DNA of 64,000 nucleotides from Sansalvadorimonas sp. (GTDB lineage Bacteria; Pseudomonadota; Gammaproteobacteria; Pseudomonadales; Endozoicomonadaceae): NCBI GenBank assembly GCA_965221135.1, contig CBDCRZ010000100.1, positions 789,393 to 853,392 of the forward strand, read 5' to 3'. Shown piece by piece: positions 20,353 to 29,168 of this stretch (position 1 is its first letter; each line of letters starts with the position of its first letter). The notes under the pieces were generated by a model. It saw only the letters and a program-made list of their open reading frames with translations, ran no database searches and was not told where the DNA came from. The position numbers and the translations under genes were made by a program.

Positions 20353-20400
20353 CAGGCCATTATTGCTTAACTCAAGCCTTCTTAATGGCCTGCATTTTTA
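20353..20400. terminator. Possible bidirectional terminator hairpin between convergent folD and the 20409..23714 gene
   Basis: aggccatta...taatggcct is a 9-bp stem with a long loop, followed by gcattttta. Confidence 0.35.
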
Positions 20401-20408
20401 CACCATCT

Positions 20409-23400
20409 TTAGTCCACATCCATAGGCTCATCCTGCCTACTGTAGAGTTGAAGACTCCCGGCCGTCAGCATTTTCACAACCAGAGTGTTGAAGGCTAAAA
20501 GCGGGTTTCTACAACTGGGTATTACTCCCAGATGAGGGGATTTCTCTGGGCGTGATAATTGTTCAGACAACAAACTGGCATAATTTTCGCTCAGGGGGCT
20601 GGGTTTCATCTCCGCTGGCAGCTCCGGATAAACATCCCCGGGGATTTTCTGGTCCAGAGTATCTTTCAGGAATGGTGCTTCGCGCTGATTCATCCAGTAT
20701 TTCATTTCCCGTATTGATCTTACTAGCAGGCCGTTGTCTTCCATAAGCTTAAAACACTCATCCTTATCCATTTCAAAAGCCTCGCTGAACATGAGGCTCA
20801 GCGGTTGAAACAGATTCTCCTCCCAGTTAAATGATTTTTCGTTTCCACTCTTTAAAACCTGACAATAACGATGACCACAAAGGAGCGCCAGCCCCCACGC
20901 TGTTTTTGCCAGTTCATGAAGACGAACACGTTTATAATCGGCTGGTATTTCACCATCCAACATTAAACGGGTAATTTCTGAATGATGTTTTGAAGAGAAA
21001 TATTCAGGGTTTAGCTGGTTTGCTGGTTTGGCATCCATATGATCTCGAAGACCTGTTGCCCCAACATTTGGGTATTTGCAGGCTTCCAGCCAGGAGTCTA
21101 CACGGCCTATTACAGTACAACTGGTGATTTCACCGAGGAACTGATACTTACGGTGTTGTTCTTTGTTGTGATAAGCACTGAGAATATCCGGAGGGTTAAT
21201 GCCTGCAGCCCAAAGTTTACCGACATCCCCGGCGGCCCAGGAAAGAGCATTTTGGAACTCAATATCTGAAAGCTCCGGATCAGTTGCATAAACGTCACCG
21301 GCACAGCCTGGGGGCATTTTATAATACAATGCCAGTTTACCATCAGAATTTATGACGCACATTGGCTCACCAATGGTACTTTTCAACCCGAGAGTGTGGC
21401 TGTGCTTGAAAATATAATTCTGCCGACAGCATTGCAGGCGAAATTGTTCATTGCTTTCAGAATTTGACTGCACTTTTAAATAATGTCTTGTTTGATCCTT
21501 GCCTATCCACATTGAAGTGCGGCCAAAAACTTTATCTGGATCAGTTGTTTTGACAATATCCGGAAGTGCCCCCCTGGATGGCAGGCTCTGGCTAGTGTTA
21601 CTCGGGAAGCCGGATACTGCTTGGGAGTCCGGTAGTAGATTCATAGCAGCATTGAGCAGCACGTTACAGTTAATATGCTCATGATGTAATGCATTGCTGG
21701 GATACAACTGCTGATTAAACAGCCATTGTCTTGCCTGTGAGCTGGCTGGTTCAGCCTGCCAGTGAATCAGTAGAGCAGATACATGTGATGGCCTGGCATG
21801 TTGCAGGAAGCCCGCCACAAGTTTGTATTTGTACCAGATGTTCTCATTGAAATAGCCTTCAAGAGTTTCAGATAGTTTTAATGAATGCATCCGTGTGACA
21901 AAACCAGGATGACTTCCTGTCGTCAATGGAGATGCTTCCTCTGATACCTTGGCGTAAGCATTCTTTACTCCACCACGCTTACTTATCCACTCTGGTCTTG
22001 TTCGTTTAATTGTTTCATCTACAGGTCTCGATTCTCGCACAACCCTCGGTTCTGGCATAACCCTGGTCGCAAACAAATCATAATTCGCTAAAAAACAAGT
22101 GATTTGATTCCAGAGTTCAGGCAATGGGGGGGACCACTCTAACAAGCGTTCGATGAAATGGATAAACCCCTGTTCAGTCTTAAGGTTCAGGTCCTTGGCA
22201 AGGGGAAGCACAGTCTGTAAAAAAAGGGAGTTGCCTTTAGTTGTTTGGCTCCAGACATCTGGTCTATTCAAAAAACAACAGCACTGTGCTGATGTCCAAA
22301 CCCGGGAATGCTGACTGTCTGCTTTCAATTGCACCCCATCACTGAAAATACTATCCAGAGTCTCCACTTTATTCACCAATAAAGACAACAGGCGCCAGTC
22401 TACAGATGAATTCAGGTGCTTATTTTTAGAGTGCCAATATGTTTCCTGTACCCATGTTAAAAGAGAACGGGAAGCGTGCGTTAAAACTTCATCAGGAATT
22501 TGGCTTAGCAGCCTCAACTGTTCACTTTTGTTAAAACCTAATGTACGGAGACAATCTTTACTATATTCTACATCTAGTACACTAAATCTACCCTCTGAAT
22601 CAAAAGCAGGTTTGATAGCATTGTTTTCAAGTAGTTTGTAAAGCTCACTATTACCTATACAGGCTGCAGCAGTCATTATATAGGACTGACCGGTTGTACT
22701 TATATTGTTAATGAATTGGATTAGTGAGTCAGGAGAATCCTTCATCATCATAATACAGCAATAAAGAAGTGAAGTGTGACATCTTAAATAACTACCCTCA
22801 CAGTTACTTGAAAAAAGATGTGACTCCCATTTTTTATATAATAGCTGGGCTAGTGCTTCTATTTGTTCTGGTTGATCTCTACAGTATTGTATGAAATAGA
22901 AATGATCGAACGATAGAGTTAGTTTTTTTAGATCATCATTCGTCAAATGCTTCACTAATAAAGCGCAAATGCCTTTTTGACAATAAGGTATTAGATTACG
23001 GAGTGTTAGCGAATTATATGGTGTATGTAAAATCAATTTAATCCATTTTATAAATGTCTTTTTACTAAGTATTCGGAGTAACTTTTTTGGAAATTCGTGA
23101 AACCCATGATCTATACACAATGCCATAAACTCATGTTGCTGTTCAGTCTCGAGGTCAGTTAAAGAATTCAATGATAAAGGATCAATTCGTACTTTATAAA
23201 AAGAATTTTGTTTTTCTTCTAACCGTTCGTGTTGTTTTTGCGATTCCTTATTATGAGAATGATGCCAGAATGGGTCAGACTTGCGTATATTTTTATAATA
23301 TTCATCCATGCTCATCGACAAATCATCCAGATCTTTTTTGATTTCATTTAAAGTTTGATACTTCGGCATATCAGGAAAAAGCTCGTGACGCATTCGTCGA

Positions 23401-23714
23401 AGCCGTTCAAGGTGCTGACTGTCCTGCAGACTCATTGTTCTAAATTTGTGCTTTTCTCCCAGCTGAGGGTCTATCAAACTCTCAGGGCATTGGTGTTGAG
23501 CAGCTGACATTACAGTCTGTTTATCGCTTCGGGCCATGCTGTGTTCTTGCAGGGGGCGTTTTTTGAAATCTGCGTTGCCTGCCAGTTCATTCCTGCCTGT
23601 TACAACGCTAATTCCTGGCCTTTGGGGCGAAGATGGGGAGAGTTTTTCTGTACCAGGTGGATTCTGAGGCCAGCTTCTCTTAATGGGAGAATTTTGTAAG
23701 CGGAAACTTTTCAT
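20409..23714 (-). CDS. Large hypothetical protein (1101 aa), AT-rich, effector-like
   Basis: A long uninterrupted ORF. Its 5' half is markedly AT-rich relative to its neighbours. No confidently recognisable catalytic motif. There is a weak ankyrin-like segment (YIMTAAACIGNSELYKLLENNA). Confidence 0.6.
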   Translation of the reverse strand: MKSFRLQNSPIKRSWPQNPPGTEKLSPSSPQRPGISVVTGRNELAGNADFKKRPLQEHSMARSDKQTVMSAAQHQCPESLIDPQLGEKHKFRTMSLQDSQHLERLRRMRHELFPDMPKYQTLNEIKKDLDDLSMSMDEYYKNIRKSDPFWHHSHNKESQKQHERLEEKQNSFYKVRIDPLSLNSLTDLETEQQHEFMALCIDHGFHEFPKKLLRILSKKTFIKWIKLILHTPYNSLTLRNLIPYCQKGICALLVKHLTNDDLKKLTLSFDHFYFIQYCRDQPEQIEALAQLLYKKWESHLFSSNCEGSYLRCHTSLLYCCIMMMKDSPDSLIQFINNISTTGQSYIMTAAACIGNSELYKLLENNAIKPAFDSEGRFSVLDVEYSKDCLRTLGFNKSEQLRLLSQIPDEVLTHASRSLLTWVQETYWHSKNKHLNSSVDWRLLSLLVNKVETLDSIFSDGVQLKADSQHSRVWTSAQCCCFLNRPDVWSQTTKGNSLFLQTVLPLAKDLNLKTEQGFIHFIERLLEWSPPLPELWNQITCFLANYDLFATRVMPEPRVVRESRPVDETIKRTRPEWISKRGGVKNAYAKVSEEASPLTTGSHPGFVTRMHSLKLSETLEGYFNENIWYKYKLVAGFLQHARPSHVSALLIHWQAEPASSQARQWLFNQQLYPSNALHHEHINCNVLLNAAMNLLPDSQAVSGFPSNTSQSLPSRGALPDIVKTTDPDKVFGRTSMWIGKDQTRHYLKVQSNSESNEQFRLQCCRQNYIFKHSHTLGLKSTIGEPMCVINSDGKLALYYKMPPGCAGDVYATDPELSDIEFQNALSWAAGDVGKLWAAGINPPDILSAYHNKEQHRKYQFLGEITSCTVIGRVDSWLEACKYPNVGATGLRDHMDAKPANQLNPEYFSSKHHSEITRLMLDGEIPADYKRVRLHELAKTAWGLALLCGHRYCQVLKSGNEKSFNWEENLFQPLSLMFSEAFEMDKDECFKLMEDNGLLVRSIREMKYWMNQREAPFLKDTLDQKIPGDVYPELPAEMKPSPLSENYASLLSEQLSRPEKSPHLGVIPSCRNPLLAFNTLVVKMLTAGSLQLYSRQDEPMDVD

Positions 23715-23957
23715 AGTCGTACTCTGGGTAGCTATCAGTGCTCATACTTATGACAGTGTTGTGCTTGGCGGGTTCCTTACAATGAAGTTAGGAAATCGCT
23801 GAAACTATGCGGAGATTTCTGGTTCGCCCCATCTTTATGTCCCTCAAAATAAAGCTATAAGGCGGGCTTATGGGGATATTGTGAGACGGTTTTTCTGAGG
23901 ATGGACTAGCCTGCCAAGACAGAGCTTACTATCAGAGACAATGTAAGGAGTCAGCAC

Positions 23958-24680
23958 ATGTCTAAGCCATTAGTTGTCATCACAGGCGCAAGCTCCGGCA
24001 TCGGCGAAGAAACCGCAAGTCAGTTCAGTGAAGCAGGTCACCCGCTGTTGCTGCTGGCCCGGCGACTGGATCGTCTGGAAGCGCTGAACCTGCCCAATAC
24101 AATGTGTCGGAAGGTGGATGTGACAAATAAGGCTCAGGTAGTAGCGGCTATCGAAGAAGCCGAGATAACCTATGGTCCGGTAGACTGCCTGGTGAACAAT
24201 GCGGGCCTGATGCAGCTGGGTGCTACCGATAAGCAGAGCACTGATGAGTGGGATGCGATGATTGATGTGAACCTCAAAGGCGTGCTGTATGGTATTCATG
24301 CGGTGGTCGGAAAGATGCGGGCCCGCAAGGGTGGCAGCATTTACAACATCAGCTCTATTGCCGGTTTAAAAGGATTCCCCAACCATATGGCTTACTGCGG
24401 CACCAAATATGGTGTGCGCGGCCTGAGCGAAACCCTGCGTGAAGAAGTGGCTGACGACAATGTACGTGTGACAGTTATCTCTCCCGGAGCTGTACAAACC
24501 GAGCTGATGAACCACACAACGTTTGAAGAGGTTGTCGCCGGTTATGAAGACTGGAAAACGGCTATCGGTGGCGCACTGGCAGCGAAGGATATTGCTGACA
24601 GTATTCTGTTTGCCTACAACATGCCCCAGAATGTCTGCCTGCGTGAAATTGCCATTGCTGCAACCCGTCAGCAGCCATAG
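23958..24680 (+). CDS. Short-chain dehydrogenase/reductase (classical SDR)
   Basis: TGASSGIGEETA is the Rossmann motif. NNAG is present. The catalytic YCGTKYGV (YxxxK) is present. 240 aa. Confidence 0.85.
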   Translation: MSKPLVVITGASSGIGEETASQFSEAGHPLLLLARRLDRLEALNLPNTMCRKVDVTNKAQVVAAIEEAEITYGPVDCLVNNAGLMQLGATDKQSTDEWDAMIDVNLKGVLYGIHAVVGKMRARKGGSIYNISSIAGLKGFPNHMAYCGTKYGVRGLSETLREEVADDNVRVTVISPGAVQTELMNHTTFEEVVAGYEDWKTAIGGALAAKDIADSILFAYNMPQNVCLREIAIAATRQQP

Positions 24681-24735
24681 GGCGGGTAAAGGTAAGAAAA
24701 AAGAGTGATGGAGAGGCTAAGGTATGCCTCTCTCA

Positions 24736-24930
24736 TCAGGAGTTAACAGGCTTTACTGTGTTACCTAATGCATCTTTTTTTGGGATGGGGTCACCCTCAC
24801 AGAAGAACTGTGCGGATTTATTGAGAACGATTTTGGCCTGTTCCCGCAAAGAAAGCTTCTGAAACTCTTCAAAGGTATAGAGGCCAACACCGGTCACAAG
24901 AACATAATCAAACTGTTTGTCAGGATTCAA
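24736..24930 (-). CDS. Small hypothetical protein (64 aa) just downstream of the trHb gene
   Basis: ORF only. It is co-oriented with glbN and 13 bp downstream of it. Confidence 0.3.
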   Translation of the reverse strand: MNPDKQFDYVLVTGVGLYTFEEFQKLSLREQAKIVLNKSAQFFCEGDPIPKKDALGNTVKPVNS

Positions 24931-24943
24931 AGCCGTCGAATAC

Positions 24944-25324
24944 TCACTTGAGGTTCAACACATCACTGCGCGTGGTTTCGACAATAGCCATCACTTCTTT
25001 CTCAAGGTCAGCGGGTACACCAATCTCGGATAGGGTGCTGGACAAGTGCGTGGCCACAACATCAAAGTGGTGATGGGTGAGGTTCAAATTGGCGTGGGCT
25101 TCCCGTAACCCGCGTATATCCTTATCCACAGGGCCACCAAAGGCCATCGACATAAAAGCCACCTGCTTTTTAGCCAGAGCGTCTAAATCAAGGTCTGTGA
25201 AGAAATGGCCGACATCAGCGTCTTTAGACACCTTGTCGTAGAAGGTGTTCACGGCTAATAGCACAGCGGGCTCGCCGCCCAGTCTGTGGAAAAGAGATTG
25301 GGACTTCTTATCCTTGTCACTCAT
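24944..25324 (-). CDS. glbN: Truncated haemoglobin (group I trHbN-like)
   Basis: MSDKDKKSQSLFHRLGGEPAVLLAVNTFYDKVSKDADVGHFF..., with the conserved F..LGG and Y.....D pattern of 2/2 globins. An aggagg RBS sits upstream of the ATG at 25324. Confidence 0.8.
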   Translation of the reverse strand: MSDKDKKSQSLFHRLGGEPAVLLAVNTFYDKVSKDADVGHFFTDLDLDALAKKQVAFMSMAFGGPVDKDIRGLREAHANLNLTHHHFDVVATHLSSTLSEIGVPADLEKEVMAIVETTRSDVLNLK

Positions 25325-25377
25325 TGTATCGCCTCCTGGCGAAGTCATATCCTTATACTGACTGCTTATATTAAGTA

Positions 25378-25527
25378 CCGGCCATGTGGAAACGCATATT
25401 TCTGGCCAATAAACAGGGTTCTCAGCTGAGTTGCAGCGCAGGGAGCATAGCCGCCATGTGACTGGAGCTACGGCACGGCTGAGTGTCCTGGAGATTGAGT
25501 CAGAAAACTATGTTTTCTTGTGACTGG
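25378..25527 (-). mobile_element. MITE-like element, copy 2 (inverted relative to copy 1)
   Basis: ccggccatgtggaaacgcatatttctggccaataaacagg...ggacactgag...gagattgagtcagaaaactatgttttcttgtgactggg is the reverse complement of the 4487-4639 element. Confidence 0.7.
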
Positions 25528-25682
25528 GTACTTATCATTCCATGATTTTTGCACACCAGCAAACAATGAATGCAATGGTTTTTGACGAGGTGTATGACGT
25601 GTATCCTGCCAATGTCTGCAAGGTTGTGACTTTCAATATTGGATTATTGAAATCAATAGTCAGCCAATTCATCGGGGCAATA

Positions 25683-26918
25683 ATGACAGATATAACGCTT
25701 GATACACCATTGACGCTGAAAAATGGAATAACCATAAAAAATCGGTTCTTTAAATCAGCCATGAGCGAACAGTTAGGAGATGACGACTCCAATCCCCGCC
25801 CCGGCCTTGCCACGGTTTACCGTGCCTGGGCTCAGGGCGGAGTGGGCCTGAATGTGTCGGGCAATATTATGGTTGACCGCTCAGCCCTTGGTGAGCCCAA
25901 AAATGTAGTGTTGGATGAGCAAAGTGACTTGTCTGCATTTCAAGCCTGGACTGCTGCCGCTACAGAGAATGGCGCGCACTTTTGGGCACAGCTGAATCAT
26001 CCGGGTAAACAGATTCCAGGTTATATAAGTGCAGAACCGGTAGCGCCATCGGCCATTCCTCTTGGTAATGGGTTGGACAAGGTGTTCAACACCCCAAGGG
26101 CTTTAACCGAAGATGAAATTCAGGCACTGATTGGAAGCTTTGTTACAGCCGCTCGTCTTGCCAAAGAAACCGGCTTTACCGGTGTGCAGATTCATGGTGC
26201 GCACGGGTATCTGGTGAGTCAGTTTTTATCATCACGACATAACCAGAGAACTGACCAGTGGGGTGGCTCTCTGGAAAACCGTATGCGCTTTGTACTGGCT
26301 CTCTATAAGGCGATAAGATCTGAAGTGGGTGCTGACTTCCCTATCGGCATCAAACTCAACTCAGCGGACTTTATGAAAGGTGGTTTTACCGAAGATGAGT
26401 CAATGGCAGTGGTGAAAGCATTGTCTGAAGCCGGTATCGACCAGATAGAAGTATCTGGTGGTTCCTACGAAAACCCTTCAATGATGGGCTCCACAAAGAA
26501 TGTAAAAGACAGTACTCGCAAACGTGAAGCTTACTTTCTCACCTACGCAGAACAGGTACGTGGGTTAGTGGATACACCACTGGTGGTCACTGGAGGTTTT
26601 CGTTCTGCCCAGGGTATGCAGGAAGCACTGGATTCAGGGGCAACCGATATGATCGGTTTGGCGAGGCCACTGGCCCTGGTACCCGACATGCCCAAACAGG
26701 CAATAAAGAATAGTGAGTTCCAACTCACCTTGAAGCGCCCATCAACAGGCATTGCCATCATCGACAAGCTGATGGGGCTGGATATTGTCTGGTATGAAAA
26801 ACAGATTCAACGCATCGCGGCTGCTAAACAACCAAAGGCGAGTCTGTCTGCATGGGGCACTGCATTCTCTAATGTTTTGGCTATGGGGCGGCATAGTATG
26901 ACAAAGCGGAGAGCCTAA
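25683..26918 (+). CDS. NADH:flavin oxidoreductase of the Old Yellow Enzyme family (NemA-like)
   Basis: ATG at 25683 (MTDITLDTPLTLKNGITIKNRFFKSAM). The OYE motifs are present (HGAHGYLVSQFLS, RTDQWGGSLENRMRF, GIDQIEVSGG). Confidence 0.85.
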   Translation: MTDITLDTPLTLKNGITIKNRFFKSAMSEQLGDDDSNPRPGLATVYRAWAQGGVGLNVSGNIMVDRSALGEPKNVVLDEQSDLSAFQAWTAAATENGAHFWAQLNHPGKQIPGYISAEPVAPSAIPLGNGLDKVFNTPRALTEDEIQALIGSFVTAARLAKETGFTGVQIHGAHGYLVSQFLSSRHNQRTDQWGGSLENRMRFVLALYKAIRSEVGADFPIGIKLNSADFMKGGFTEDESMAVVKALSEAGIDQIEVSGGSYENPSMMGSTKNVKDSTRKREAYFLTYAEQVRGLVDTPLVVTGGFRSAQGMQEALDSGATDMIGLARPLALVPDMPKQAIKNSEFQLTLKRPSTGIAIIDKLMGLDIVWYEKQIQRIAAAKQPKASLSAWGTAFSNVLAMGRHSMTKRRA

Positions 26919-27165
26919 CCGGGTTCTAACATTTACAGATTTACGGCGCTGGCTGACAGAGGGCCAGCCCCGAACCCCTAATTTTGACGTTGGTAGGCAT
27001 GTGGTTATTTTCCTGGGAACTGAATTTCTTATGCTAATGTTGTCAATGTGTTACGTCTTGCCGGTGGTTGGTAAAGACGTAGATCTTTGTTTATCTTCAC
27101 CTTAATGTGACTGCGCTGCTAAATGTCTTCGATAGTAGTAACGTATCATGTAGAGAATACCTAAG

Positions 27166-27627
27166 ATGAGATCTAAATGTGTCAAAGGCTTAGTGCTTGG
27201 AACTTTCCTGACAATTGTTGGTTGCAGTTCCAACCCTACATGGGAAGGCATGTCAGAAAGTGAGATTTCGCAATGGAGAGCTATTGGTGCCGGTGCGGGG
27301 CAGGCTCAAAGTTGGTCCCGTGAGGGCTTTAACGCAGAAAAAACGAAAGAGTGGAAGACAGCTGGTTTTGATTTAGAGTCAGCCAGGGAGTGGAGTAATG
27401 AATCTTATACCGCTGCTGAGGCTAAGCGCTGGAAGGATAGCGGGTTTGATATCGATGAGGCCAATGATGCCAGGAAAAAAGGCCTGACACCCGTTCGAGC
27501 AGGAGGCTCTTCACTAATGAAAGTTCCAGTGCCTGTTACAAAAGCGGTAAAGTCTTCTGAAAAGTCTTCTGCAGGTAAGCCTGTTCAGAAATCAAACGAA
27601 GCTAATAAAACTGTAGAAAAAAAGTAA
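27166..27627 (+). CDS. Lipoprotein with 4 tandem ~20-aa E-x2-W-x3-GF repeats
   Basis: Lipobox LTIVGC. The repeats are SQWRAIGAG / TKEWKTAGFD / AREWSNESY / AKRWKDSGFD. Confidence 0.55.
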   Translation: MRSKCVKGLVLGTFLTIVGCSSNPTWEGMSESEISQWRAIGAGAGQAQSWSREGFNAEKTKEWKTAGFDLESAREWSNESYTAAEAKRWKDSGFDIDEANDARKKGLTPVRAGGSSLMKVPVPVTKAVKSSEKSSAGKPVQKSNEANKTVEKK

Positions 27628-27824
27628 AACGAGTATTTTCAAATAGATGTTCTTTACAAGGGGAACAGTGGTGAGTTTCCCTACTTTACCTTGTGAAATT
27701 ATGCTTTTGTCTGTTAGCAGCCCTATTCTGTGGAGTTGCCAACCCATATTAAAGATAGTGTTCGTTTATGCCGGGTTGGCACCGTGGCCTCACTTTAATA
27801 AACTCAAATCAGTAATATCATATG

Positions 27825-28841
27825 TTACTTTTGGCGTACAGAGTTCCATAAATGAATACCTAAACTGACAACAGCCACTGTTGCCAGAAAATGCTGTTTA
27901 TTAACAAACTCCCGACGCTCTTTATTGTTCAACTCGTCAAAAGACGCTCCATATCCTTGAAAGTAATCATTACCTATATCTTCATTCCAATAAGTTTTGG
28001 ATGTATTTTCAGGCGATGGGATTCTCGCTAGTGTTGTTCTTGCAACCAGATCAACACAGTGCATAACGGGTGACTGGTTAACGTCAATATCTGTTTTTAC
28101 AGGGTCGGTAGTTCCTGTAAGAAAAAGACTTTGGGTTAAATGAGGCAGTTCATGGATATTCGATAGCTGCTTTAGACGTTGTGGCTGAGCCAGTAAGCCC
28201 TCCCACTGTCGTTCAAGCTCATTCATATCGACCGGGTAACCATCGAAAGCGTCATGGATAATAGTGGGCCAGTTATGGCCGCTTACATTGCCAGGTAGTG
28301 CGGGGCCATGAAAAACGGGTGTTACATGAGCGGGAACGGTGACATCCTCGATAAAATGAATCGATCGACCAAACCTTGTAGCAAAGTCGCTAAAAGTTAC
28401 ATTCGGTTGATTGAGTGTATGCAGAAGATCTTTCTGTCGTTGCTCTACAAGCCTTGTCATAGAACGGTTTATAGTGATGAAACCCAGCCACCGACTCTGT
28501 TGCAGATGCTCTTTGTGTGGATTGTAAAAATGCCAGTTGGTGGGGCGCTGGAGGCTTGAACGAAGAGATGTGTCTTCACCAGCATCTTCACTGGCTGCCA
28601 ATTCAGCAAAACCGTCGTAAGGTTCAGGTACAGATAATAATTTAAACACCTTTGAGACGGAAAAATGAGAGAGCTGCCTGTGAATATCTGGTTCATAAGC
28701 ATGAAGGGAAGAGCTAAAGAACAAACAAGTACCGAATAACTTAATAAAGAGTAGAGTTATACTGCTATTTCTATTTTGTACGGATAATCTACTCATCGCT
28801 GATGAGCCTGTTTCGGTGTTTGTTGTGGCAGATGAAATCAT
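27825..28841 (-). CDS. Putative zinc-dependent phospholipase C family protein (secreted)
   Basis: WHFYNPHKEH...SIHFIEDVTVPAHVTPV parallels DHFWDPDT...AMHYFGDIDTPYHPANV of Bacillus and Clostridium Zn-PLC. It has a signal-peptide-like N-terminus. The start may be 28796. Confidence 0.55.
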   Translation of the reverse strand: MISSATTNTETGSSAMSRLSVQNRNSSITLLFIKLFGTCLFFSSSLHAYEPDIHRQLSHFSVSKVFKLLSVPEPYDGFAELAASEDAGEDTSLRSSLQRPTNWHFYNPHKEHLQQSRWLGFITINRSMTRLVEQRQKDLLHTLNQPNVTFSDFATRFGRSIHFIEDVTVPAHVTPVFHGPALPGNVSGHNWPTIIHDAFDGYPVDMNELERQWEGLLAQPQRLKQLSNIHELPHLTQSLFLTGTTDPVKTDIDVNQSPVMHCVDLVARTTLARIPSPENTSKTYWNEDIGNDYFQGYGASFDELNNKERREFVNKQHFLATVAVVSLGIHLWNSVRQK

Positions 28842-29004
28842 GCACTTGCAATCCTATGCTGCGTATTTTGTGTGTAGCATAACAGAAAGATAACATTAGA
28901 GAGTTGTAAGAGATTAAACGGTATCTTCGACATATTCCTTACATGACAGGTAATGTTAAAATAAACAAATGAATGAAAAGCGCTTCATAATGTTTTGGAT
29001 GATT

Positions 29005-29065
29005 AAGTATCCGGTCACATGAAACAACTATTTCTGACTCAATCTCCAGGGCACTCAAGTCTTCT
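29005..29065 (+). mobile_element. MITE-like element, partial copy (left half only)
   Basis: attaagtatccggtcacatgaaacaactatttctgactcaatctccagggcactcaagt. Confidence 0.55.
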
Positions 29066-29168
29066 ACCACCCGCTGTCTCATTTATAATTGATCAATCAG
29101 TGAGCGGGGCAACTATCCTGACACAGCGGGGTACCTGTGATTCTTTGAAGTATGCATAATCTAAAAAC

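Noticed and set aside
25542-25682. Upstream extension of the OYE reductase ORF (25542 start)
   Set aside because: The extension begins at the edge of the MITE copy and adds 47 residues not found in OYE enzymes. MTDITLDTPLTLKNG at 25683 matches the canonical OYE N-terminus.
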